Positions 1 through 9,611 of a DNA stretch of 23,874 nt are shown piece after piece (positions within the stretch are counted from its first letter, which is position 1; every line of letters begins with the position of its first letter). The DNA comes from Macrostomum lignano (taxonomy: Eukaryota). The notes under the pieces were generated by a model. It did no database searches. It saw only the letters and a list, made by a program, of their open reading frames with translations, and had not been told where the DNA came from. The stretch spans positions 1 to 23,874 of the forward strand of contig NIVC01005170.1 in NCBI GenBank assembly GCA_002269645.1. Direction: 5' to 3'. Both the position numbers and the translations under genes were made by a program.

Positions 1-89
1 CTGCCAGAGTTTGGCATCCGAATGGCATAGGAAACAATTCGCAACGCAAGTTGACATCGGCTCGGCAGCTCTAGGAGCACCGTTGATGA

Positions 90-245
90 TTCGGGAGCTC
101 GACTGGCTGTGGCCGCTTGTGGCGCTGCGAGCTGGCCAAGGCTGGCTTAGTGCTGGGCGTTCGGCACCGGATTGTACTGAGGCCGCCGTTTGAAACTTTG
201 GAAATTGCATGCTACATTGTAGCCGCCTCTAGCAGCATGGCTATG
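90..245 (+). CDS. Probable penultimate exon (3' part) of a single-pass membrane protein; 5' boundary uncertain
   Basis: Stop-free frame 90-245 (...GVRHRIVLRPPFETLEIACYIVAASSSMAM) ends at a strong donor ATG|GTGAGT (246-251). A phase-0 join to 694 creates a continuous 24-aa hydrophobic helix IACYIVAASSSMAM/VLIGLAAGLI. An in-frame TGA at 87-89 leaves the acceptor or an upstream indel unresolved. Confidence 0.4.
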
Positions 246-693
246 GTGAGTCAAAACTGTTGTTTCGTTTTGCCTTAATGATGTTGTCCTGGCCTGGGCT
301 GCGGACCCTCCGCAGCAGGCCCAGTATGCGTTCTCCCACTGACTAAGCAGCACCGATTGCTCCCCTCACTGACTCACCCGAGTCACCCCCACTGCACGCC
401 CCCATTGCTTCATGCTACATATCTCCTGTACGTTTGTGTTCGTGCCACAGCACGCCTATACGGTTCGGGCCCCAGAGCCCAGAAATATAACGGTAAACAC
501 GACCCCCTCAGTCTCTCCACATTTGTACTGACTGCCTGCCTGCTCACGGGATCCGCTCCCAGGCAGAGCTTTGAACTAAACTCCAAGACTCACTTTCAAG
601 TCATTACAGATGTCTTCGCAGGTTCTTACGGAGTCTACTATTATAAAAGTCTTTCTGAACGAAAATTTAGTGAATATCCTACCAAATTTCCAG

Positions 694-1191
694 GTGCTCA
701 TCGGCCTAGCAGCCGGATTAATTCGTATCTTCATCCGCACCCGCTGCTGCACCCGCGTTGTACACATCGTGGAGGCTCAATCGGTGCACAATCTGAACGC
801 CTCGCCGTTGCAAACTCGCCGCCGACGTCAAGAAGCCGCCGATGCCGTTGTCGGCCTCGATTTGACAGCTGAAGGCGGCGACATTGAATCCGACATGGCT
901 GTGGAACCCTGGCTGGATGGCCTGAATCCGAGCAGCAGCGGCGTCGGTGCCAACATCCGCGATCGGATGCGCGACATCAACGACCAGCTGCGATTACGCG
1001 TCACCAACATGCGAGCGGGCTGGACCAGCGGAGTTGAGCACGTCAAAGGCCAGATGCGCAGCATGGCGGAGTTCTGCGGAGTGAACAACCCACCGTTGGA
1101 CCAGACGGTCAGCGTGGTCAGTGTCTACACTGATCCGGACGGCAGGCAGGAGCCGATGGAGCAGCACTTGCATCTGCTGTCATCGGTGTAG
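694..1191 (+). CDS. Terminal exon of a probable type I membrane protein (end of TM helix plus cytoplasmic tail)
   Basis: Acceptor TTTCCAG| at 693. Exon reads VLIGLAAGLIRIFIRTRCCTR...HLLSSV* (hydrophobic stretch, basic residues, CC pair, C-terminal S-S-V). GC-rich coding-like composition falls to AT-rich sequence after TAG 1189-1191. Confidence 0.6.
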   Translation: MLIGLAAGLIRIFIRTRCCTRVVHIVEAQSVHNLNASPLQTRRRRQEAADAVVGLDLTAEGGDIESDMAVEPWLDGLNPSSSGVGANIRDRMRDINDQLRLRVTNMRAGWTSGVEHVKGQMRSMAEFCGVNNPPLDQTVSVVSVYTDPDGRQEPMEQHLHLLSSV

Positions 1192-1687
1192 CGAAAATAT
1201 TGTCGATTCGGTGGAATATTCTAGATCACTAGAATGCCATGTTATATGTAATCAATTTCTTTCCTAGAAAGTTTTGAAAAATACTTAGTGTAAATCAGGA
1301 TAAAATTGGTATCTACAGATATTTTGGCGTTCAAACTCCCGTTGCTCTTAAGTATCCTTCCAGTATCCCTTGAGTACTACACCTGCATGAATCTCCTAGT
1401 TACACCTAAAAGAGTCGAATTTCCGTTTTAGTTACGATAGACTATAGAAGGTACATGCATGTATATCAGGCGATTAAATCTGGCATGCAAAAGCAAAAAA
1501 GAGGTTGCTACGAAAGGTTTATTAGAAAATTAATGTTTTCAGAATTATTTTCCCCGCACCATAAAATCTATACTTTGTATTAAGACGCCCTGTAATAAAT
1601 ACAATGTACGTAGACTTGTAGTTAGGTTACTCATTAGAAAACAATAGCTTGGGGATTTCTGTTTAGATGTTTTAACGCCATCTAGCT

Positions 1688-1796
1688 TCAGCCAATGAGA
1701 GAGCAGTAAGGAGAGAGTTAGGCGCACGAAACTCAGCCTACTAGGGGGGGGCAGGCCAGATCTACCTCAGCCAATGAGAGAGCAGTAAAGGAGAGA
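1688..1796 (+). promoter_or_regulatory. Duplicated ~29-bp module carrying CCAAT boxes
   Basis: TCAGCCAATGAGAGAGCAGTAA(A)GGAGAGA at 1688-1716 and 1767-1796, 79 bp apart. AGCCAATGA fits the NF-Y consensus. No associated gene identified. Confidence 0.35.
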
Positions 1797-2167
1797 AGGC
1801 AAAGTCACACACAAGCGGGCAAGCGGAAAGCCAAACTGGCCTGGATGTGGACTGAGGCGCCATCATTTTTCTCTCTTGTCCCTTTGCACTCACTAAATTA
1901 ATTAATTTTTATTAGCAATCTTCATCTGGAATTCATTAATTTTTGTAATAATTTGGATCTTGGACAGTTTGGATGAAGATGCTATTTTTTGGGTTTGCTT
2001 GTAGAAAGCCGAAGGCGATTGCTGCAGCTTTAAAAATGTTTAAATATTATAAACTTTAATCAATAATTATTTTACGACAAAACCGATAATTTTGATACTA
2101 AGAAAAAGAGTAGATGATCACTTCTTTGCAAGTGGCATATATACAGTTATCCTAGAATGTGTGATTA

Positions 2168-2488
2168 CCATGGTCAGGATCTTGTACCGGTGTACGCCGG
2201 AACGAAAATTGCTTCCGAAGCTCATGTACGCCAATGTACGCCAACGAACTTTTTATGGCACAAAAAATACGCCAAAATAAAATTACAAATTACGACCAAT
2301 ATTAACCGCTTGAAAATTTTTAATATTTAAAAAATTAATAAGTAAAAACTGGTAAATTTTTTTCTAAACCGTATAATACTAGTTCATTTTAACTATATTT
2401 GTTTTACTTTTAACTTCTTAGGAGACTATGCCAAACGTAAACTTACGCCGGAATCTTCCAGCGTACATGTATACCACCCAGAGTCTGG
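2168..2488. mobile_element. Putative non-autonomous DNA transposon (MITE-like, ~320 bp)
   Basis: Direct repeat GTGTGATTAC at 2159-2168 and 2488-2497 (8-10 bp TSD depending on boundary). Degenerate terminal inverted repeats: left CCATGGTCAGGATCTTGTACCGGTGTACGCCGGAA versus reverse complement of right CCAGACTCTGGGTGGTATACATGTACGCTGGAA. AT-rich non-coding interior. Confidence 0.5.
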
Positions 2489-2545
2489 TGTGATTACAGC
2501 GAAAAAGTTCGCTGTACTTTTAAACGCTGTTTTAAATGCAGTGTA

Positions 2546-3865
2546 CGAGAGGTGATCAAAAAGTTCTGCAAGTGACCTCACAACTCTGCGTTACAGCAGC
2601 CGATGCGTCTAATCAGTGTCACTTTCCCTCAAAGTACTTTCCACCACAGTACTTTGCACCGTTGCATGCGTGTGAACCATGTCTGAAAGCAGTCATGATA
2701 CTCAGAAGTTAGTATACCCTGTAGAGCTGAATGTACCACTTGGGCAAGGTCTTGTATGCGTGAAATGGCCTCCCAGAAATGACGGATTTGATCCTCGGGA
2801 ACAGCCAAAAGTCGCATGGTGCTAGGTCTGTAGAGTAGGGTGGATGAGGCAGCAGCTGGACCCCCTGCTGCTCCAGGTACGCCATGGTTGAAGCCGCCCT
2901 GTGCGGTGCCGCATTGTCATGGTGCAGCAGGAGTCGAGGTCCATGCCTGGTTCGCGCACGTTCCTGCCGCTCCTGCAGCACGCCTGGCAGAGCAGTGTCT
3001 GTGTAGTACCTGGCAGTCACTGTGGCACCCGCTGGAAGGATGTTCACTGATACAACGCCCTGAGAGTTGAAAAAAATGGTGAATATCCGCTTCCGACTGC
3101 GGAATCCGGTCTTCAGCACCTCGGGCCTAGGCTCATCTTCTGCCAGCCAGACCATGTTGGACTGCTTATTCTTCATGGTAAATAAGTAGATCCAAAATTC
3201 GCCTCGTGTGATGACATCCGACAGTCGTCGTGGGCCATGAGGGTCAAAAATTTGCACCCACAAGCGACAGATGCGCACCCTCTCTGCTTGCTGCTCCGGA
3301 GTGAGAAGATGGGGTACCCACCGAGTGCAGGTCTTTGTGTGGCCCAGTTGCTCATGCATAATGTTATGAGCACTTCCATAGCTGACACCAAGCTCATAGG
3401 CAAGGAATCTTAGCGTAGTGCTCCGATCCTCACGAATTATTGCATCGGCACGGGCCACGACATCTTGGGTCACGGATGTCCGGGTCGGCCAGACCTCGGT
3501 TCATCGATCGTTGAAGCTGTCCCGGCCTTCCGAAAAATGGCGCAGCCAGCGGGCAACCGTGTCAAATGATGGAGCAGAGTCAGCTAAAACATTCACCAGA
3601 TCGGTATGAATCTCAGTCGCTCGGCAGCCAAGTTGCATGCGCATAAATATGTAGAAGCGAACACTGTCTTTTAATGTTTCCATCAGCTACTGAAATCACA
3701 TGGAAAATATATGGCTGTGAAATTTGACTAGAGCACATTGGGAAGCCAAAATTCATATAAATATAACAAACAGATATAGCCGCATATGTGTAAGTTTTTA
3801 GCTTTTGCCGATTTTATAACTAAAAGCTATAACAAGAGGTTGCAGAACTTTTTGATCACCCCTCG
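2546..3865 (-). mobile_element. Tc1/mariner DNA transposon (mariner, DD34D), 1320 bp, decayed
   Basis: 26-bp TIRs CGAGAGGTGATCAAAAAGTTCTGCAA (2546-2571) and TTGCAGAACTTTTTGATCACCCCTCG (3840-3865), one mismatch. TA on both sides (2544-2545, 3866-3867). Transposase remnants inside. Confidence 0.95.
2619..3683 (-). pseudogene. Mariner transposase pseudogene
   Basis: HTH region, WVPHLL (WVPHEL motif), HDNAAPH and YSTDLAPCD with 34 residues between the 2nd and 3rd Asp. The first catalytic motif reads TRGEFW instead of TGDExW. Frameshifts near 3485-3510, ~2764 and ~2655; the repaired C-terminus is ...GGKYFEGK* (TGA at 2619-2621). Confidence 0.92.
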
Positions 3866-5011
3866 TACCGTGCCTGCAGCTGTCACAGTGTAAATGCACT
3901 TTATAACAACCCGGAATGCTAATGTCAATTCTTCATATCGCACGCTATCTGTGATAAATCGCTAATTTATTTACAAATTCATTCTGTCGCTCTTTACGGT
4001 CGAAAAAAATTAACATTTTTTATTCAATTGTTAATCTTAAATTGTTTTGCTGTCATTCGTAGAATAGGTTAAAAAAGCTATAAAAGCCTAGCCTAAAATA
4101 AAATTTATATTACATTAAAATAAGCTGCAACATTACAACCCTGTGAGCAAAAACTAAATTTCCATACAGGATACGCGCAGTTGTGAGTGTAAAGTCATTT
4201 TTAATTGTTAAATGTTAATATTTTTTATTTAGAGTAAATTATAGCGTGTAATGCATTGTTAGTTGGACCCAATTCTTTCAAGTTTTTGTGTAATTCTTTC
4301 AAATAATCATTTGTGCTTATTCATTTCGGCATGGTACATGTAACTAAATTAACGCGTATACACACATTTATAACTCTTGAAAATATAGAGAGACACGGGA
4401 TATTTCCGGCTTTATTTATCGATTAGTCATCTAACGGCTACACCTCTCTTTACACATTCTTTGCCCCTTATTTAAAGAGATATAGTTATCTGACATAATA
4501 TCAAGGTGACTTTAGTCCGCTAAACCTGAAAACGACGAAAAATTATGAATAAAAGAGTGATCATATTTCGATTAAAATCCAAGGCAATTGTTTTTTATAT
4601 ATTTTCTAAAAGTTACTTTTAACATGCTTCGTTGGCTACTCTAAGTACACGTCAGTTCCATTACGGGCTTAGAGTGCTTGCATGCAAACTAAAACTTTTA
4701 AAATTAGGCTAACGCTACTAAATCACAAATATTTAGACAATAGTAAGACTTAGAAATAGTATTTGTACGCCAATTTCGTCTAATTTAATAAATTGTCGTC
4801 AAAAAGTTCAGAATCTGATTTGCCGATATGTATCGAAAATAATTTATTTCGTTACAAGTGAATATGTTAGTTATCAGTTTACGATCTTACGTGTTGGCAA
4901 CATACGAAAATATTTAGAGAGTAATATCTAGTAGTATAAGTGTTAAATTAGTACTATTATTAAGCCCAGTAAAAGCGTTTTTTAAATCAGTGAAATACGA
5001 AGCAAAAGGAT

Positions 5012-5100
5012 TCCGGTGAGACGGATTTGAACCACCGACCTAAGGATCGCTGCATATTGCACTCTACAGTCCTCCGCTCTACCAACTGAGCTATCACCGG
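5012..5100 (-). tRNA. tRNA-Tyr-GTA: tRNA-Tyr (anticodon GTA) with a 16-nt intron
   Basis: Minus strand CCGGTGATAGCTCAGTTGGTAGAGCGGAGGACTGTAG[AGTGCAATATGCAGCG]ATCCTTAGGTCGGTGGTTCAAATCCGTCTCACCGGA. 7-bp acceptor stem CCGGTGA/TCACCGG, C1-G72 and A73, A and B boxes, anticodon at 5067-5065, intron 5063-5048 at the canonical 37/38 position, TTTT Pol III terminator at 5007-5004. Confidence 0.95.
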
Positions 5101-7318
5101 GGCAGAAGGAGATGACTCAGAAAGTATACTTAATCAGTTAGCAAATTATTTTTTCATTTTAGAATTCAGGTTTAGGCTTTATTACATGAGAGAGAACTGG
5201 CCCATCAAAGGGAGTAAAATAAGCTTTGTCTTTAGAACTACAGCTTTAATCACTTTAATCATTTTAATCACTTTGCAAAAAAGCAAAGGGATCGTTTTTT
5301 AATTTAAACACTGCCTAAATTGGCTGGGTTTGGACTACACCTAGGGCCCTAAGGCCTAAAGCATCTTTAGCTAGTTTTTCGTCAACTCGTCGACGTCAAG
5401 GCGAACCGAGAAAGTCGTTATTTCCATTCTCTTTCGCCTTTTTGCTAATGAATTTCAAAGGCCTGGATCTGGATGCTTTGCATGAGCACCTTGTGTGTGG
5501 GCCAGGCCAAGAGACGAAAGCCGGGTCCGCGGGAGCCTTTTTTGGCAGTTTAAAGCCAGTTTGCGGATAAAAATGATGACGGGATGTCGCGAATCAAGCA
5601 GAAAGAAATCTATCTAGGTCTAATCTGTCAGGAAATCAGAACAAAAGCGATGAGAACTGCAGCTGAAGGACGGATTTATGGACACCCCCAGGACTAATTA
5701 TAGGAATTGTAGCAATTTAGTAATTTGTTATAATCGTTTAACATCACGAACAATTATGTTTTTTCGTCCTTACATGATTTGAAATTTAATTAATGCACTG
5801 CACAGTGGGGGTCCCAAGGAGCTTACTATTTGAACTAACTGCTGTTCGACACTACTCTGACGCCCCATCTTGAGTTAGGCTAAAGCTGCATTCGATTTGA
5901 GACTGGCGCCGGCACATGAGCTACGTACATGTATATAGGAACTTGAGAAAGATTTGCACAACATACAAATGGAATCAGTATCCCTTTTGTATAATTGGAT
6001 TAAGTTTCTCTTACACGTGACACGTGTTTTACGAGAGTGGACGACTACGTGTGTACACGGAACAGCTAGAACAGATGGTAAAACTTTCCTGTATTTAATT
6101 AATTAGGCTTGTTACATTTATTTTACGAATATAGATATAGGAATATAGAAATTTACGAATATCTATTTTACCTAATTGTGAAACGCTGCATCCACGACAG
6201 TGCCCTTGCCATGTCACTTCTATAACAGCTAAACTTTTATTAGAATTCAGCTTTGTTACATTAATATTTTCGGCGACTACTTAAATGTACTTAATATTTA
6301 CAGAGTATTCTCGTAGTACTTTACAGCTGCTGTTTTTGGCAGCAAATTTTGTGATGCTTCCTTCATAGATAACAGGAAGTCCAATTAGCGCAACAACGTT
6401 TGTTGACCGGAGAAAGTTTTCTTTAACAAGTTCGACTGCACTTGGAGACATTCAAACATTTGGAGACGGATAGCTAGCTCTCTGGTCAAATCGCTCTGGG
6501 ACTGTAATTCGAAATGAGCACTAAAATGTATCGAATGCCTACAACGGAAGCCATTCATTATTAAGCTTTACTTCTGTCTAAGATTTTTGGGCGTGGCAGT
6601 CTGGAAATCAATTACAGCATACAAAAATATTGATAAATTATCAAGGACTTAATTCAACAAATTTTTATTGAGTAAAAGTTTAGAGAAAGGGATTACGCCG
6701 TTTAAATTTAAGCTCTGGACCCTTTTAATGGATTACTGAATTGGAAACTTTTCGCAATATTGCGCTTCCTTTAATTTTGCCCATCAGTGAACTCGTAAGG
6801 ATTTAAGGGTTTTTATTAAACGAAAATCAGATTCTGCAGAGCTCTGAGGATTGAACAATCAATTTTCCAAACGTTTCTAAAGCCGCCTAAAGTATGTGCT
6901 TAAGTCATTAACTAGCGTTTACATCCGGGAACTGCAAGCGTCAGTGTTCGAGCGGATCTGATGTACCTGCTGAAAGTGTGCCTGCATGATAGAGCAGGTG
7001 TTTTACCATCATTCGATGGAAATGATTAAGCCGTACTTTGACAGATTTTTAATTAAACTGCAATCAATTCTTTTATTTCTGATTCAAGATTCACAGAGAA
7101 CAATAAAACAATTAAAATGAATCTTCAATATCCTGATTGGCATGAATACACGCATGAATTCACTTTGTCAGTTTGAATTCAAATTTGACAATTGGACAAC
7201 AGCGAATACTTATTAACCAAATTAACTTTATCAAACAGTGCTGTCACAGGCTTCTATAAAAATTATTAATATTATGTTATTTGATAGAAATTCACAGGCT
7301 TTCTCGCCCAATCTATCA

Positions 7319-7680
7319 TGAGTGAGTGAGTGAGTGAGTGAGTGAGTGAGTGAGTGAGTGAATGAGTGAGTGAGTGAGTGAGTGAGTGAGTGAGTGAGTG
7401 AGTGAGTGAGTGAGTGAGTGAGTGAGAGGGTGAGTAAGTGAGTCAGTCAGTCAGTCAGTCAGTCAGTCAGTCAGTCAGTCAGTCAGTCAGTCAGTCAGTC
7501 AGTCAGTCAGTCAGTCAGTCAGTCAGTCAGTCAGTCAGTCAGTCAGTCAGTCAGTCAGTCAGTCAGTCAGTCAGTCAGTCAGTCAGTCAGTCAGTCAGTC
7601 AGTCAGTCAGTCAGTCAGTCAGTCAGTCAGTCAGTCAGTCAGTCAGTCAGTCAGTCAGTCAGTCAGTCAGTCAGTCAGTC
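7319..7680. repeat. Compound tetranucleotide microsatellite (TGAG)~27 + (AGTC)60
   Basis: (TGAG)n 7319-7426 with one TGAA variant, a short imperfect junction, then perfect (AGTC)n 7441-7680. Confidence 0.98.
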
Positions 7681-8865
7681 AACAATCCGTTGCCGCTGCG
7701 GTGAAGTTGGTGACTGCGAGTGACTTGTCGAGATCAGCGAAGACAGCTGGCTGCCGAAGGCATCCGGGCGCAGGCGGCAGCTGAGCTCCAGGTTCTCGGT
7801 GGACAGGGCCGCGGCCTCGCCAGCTGCACCTCTGGCTCTGTTGATGTCGATGTCGTAGGGCCGGTAGCCACGGCAGCTGGGCGCGGATGCGCCGCAGATA
7901 ATGCGACTTCTGGCGGCCGCCGGTCGCCGTCCGGAGCAGTGAGCCAGCAGGGCTCTACGAAACAGCCTGGTGGTGCTCACGTACACCAGGAAGTTCACCA
8001 GACTGTCGAGCTGGGTCAGCAAATTCACAGAGCGCACCAGAACGGAATTCTTCAGCCGGATGTAGGCGAACACGGCGGTCGGGAGCTCCAGGGCGGCGAA
8101 CGCGAAGGCCAACAGGATGACAACGCGAGCCGCGTGCTTGTCGCGACGGGCTAGCGCGGAGGGACGCGTCAACTTGTGCGAGCAGCCTGCGCTGCCTTGG
8201 CCTTGGCCGCCTCCAGCAGCTCCCGAGCACTGCTGCGGACGCTTCCTCAGTCGATCAGCGATGAGCAAGCCGGAGACGAGCACCAATAGGAACGGTACCG
8301 AGGTCTGCAGAGTGTAGAACACGGTGGCGTACTTGGTGACCAGGTGCGACTCAGTGCAGGCCGAGTCCAACTCGCTAATGATGGCCAGCGGCAGGATGGG
8401 AGCGGCCAACAGGCCGAAGGTCAGCATTGATCGGCGACCTTTCAAGATGGCCTCGCCAGTTTTAGCGGATATCGGACGAATGACGGCGTTGAGACGCGAG
8501 ATGGCGATCACTACGACAGTCCAGTTGCGCATGGTCAGAAACGCTCGCAGGCAGCAGCCGATGACCAGCCGGGACGCCCCGTGTTCGACTCCGCAAGTCA
8601 GGCGAATCATTCTTCTTGCACCTAATCCGGCCAGTTCGAAGCAGACGTTGAGTCCGATGCTAAAGTTGAACAGGAGCTCGAATACGCTCAGGTAGCTAAG
8701 CAGATGACGAACTGTGGCACTCATCTCGCGACTGCCAACTGTCTGAAAGAGGAATAGAGCGTAGCCGCTCTGGACCAGGTTCAGTGCCCCCAGTCCAAGA
8801 AATGCACCGTTGAACAGCGAGCTGACAACGGCATCATGCGGAGAGGTTGAAGAGTTTGTTGCCAT
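7675..8865 (-). CDS. Intronless rhodopsin-class (class A) orphan GPCR, 396 aa, peptide-receptor-like
   Basis: N-terminal NSS sequon and seven hydrophobic segments with recognisable variants: TM2 [10 protein letters not shown]3 end [12 protein letters not shown] (DRY-equivalent), TM5 [15 protein letters not shown]6 [10 protein letters not shown]7 [10 protein letters not shown]. Uninterrupted ORF. Confidence 0.88.
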   Translation of the reverse strand: MATNSSTSPHDAVVSSLFNGAFLGLGALNLVQSGYALFLFQTVGSREMSATVRHLLSYLSVFELLFNFSIGLNVCFELAGLGARRMIRLTCGVEHGASRLVIGCCLRAFLTMRNWTVVVIAISRLNAVIRPISAKTGEAILKGRRSMLTFGLLAAPILPLAIISELDSACTESHLVTKYATVFYTLQTSVPFLLVLVSGLLIADRLRKRPQQCSGAAGGGQGQGSAGCSHKLTRPSALARRDKHAARVVILLAFAFAALELPTAVFAYIRLKNSVLVRSVNLLTQLDSLVNFLVYVSTTRLFRRALLAHCSGRRPAAARSRIICGASAPSCRGYRPYDIDINRARGAAGEAAALSTENLELSCRLRPDAFGSQLSSLISTSHSQSPTSPQRQRIVD

Positions 8866-9611
8866 CGGGTTTGACTATTGATTGCTTTATTCTTATAAAC
8901 TGCAGTCTTGAATTGGAATGCGGCCAGTTTTAACTTAATTATGTAGGGCTGGGATTGAGGACTCAAATGCAGACAGCCTTGTATCCGTTTGGCCTCACCA
9001 TTCACTGTTAGTTTGATCCAGTTATTGGGTTTGAGCTGCTGGGCCAATCGCAATTGGCTCGATCGCATCAGTGAGCCGACTTACCTAGACAAGGAAGACA
9101 ATTATGCTGGCTACGTGACTACTGATTACTCGTAGTAAGGCTCACATTTCAGCTTAACAGTGCCGTAGAGGCAGGCTAGTGGGCTGAATGGCGTGCCTGT
9201 TTAAACGAGTAGCACAGTTGCTTTTTTGATTTTCAAATGGGCCGCGTTTAAAAGCAGCAATAAAAGGCATCCAACGGGCGAGCCTGTTTTGGATGTGGTG
9301 TCACGGAATGATCTCTTCCTTGCTCGACCAAGGAAAATGATCACGGAATAATAGTTGAAGGATGTCGCATCGCAATGCCGCAATGCCTACGACATCGAAA
9401 TCGTGTGGCACACAGCGCTGATGCAATTGTGCACATGGAGTCCTGAGCAGATACTGTAGACCAAGGACCACTAGAAGTTACGGTTGTATCAAAACGTAAC
9501 ACTTTCTTGTTTGCATTTCAGCTGAACTTTAAGTATATGATAATAGTATATTACGGCGCCCTCTGTTTTTCCCTCCCCTCCCCTTAAAGCATGGGTATTA
9601 CTATTATTGTG

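Noticed and set aside
451-492. 42-nt AG/GT-bounded in-frame segment (HAYTVRAPEPRNIT) as a microexon of the first gene
   Set aside because: Inclusion would insert charged and proline residues into the middle of the predicted TM helix, and the donor GTAAAC is weak; not supportable without RNA data.
2495-2530. Hairpin as a Helitron 3' end or intrinsic terminator
   Set aside because: No CTRR terminus at the expected distance in either orientation, and intrinsic terminators are not relevant in this eukaryotic context.
7439-7445. AP-1 site TGAGTCA at the microsatellite junction
   Set aside because: Inevitable by-product of joining (TGAG)n to (AGTC)n; single copy with no other support.
7438-7704. 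88-aa ORF of SQSV repeats
   Set aside because: Translation artefact of the (AGTC)n microsatellite.
7720-8695. Plus-strand and alternative-frame ORFs over the GPCR
   Set aside because: Shadow ORFs of GC-rich coding sequence with no recognisable motifs.
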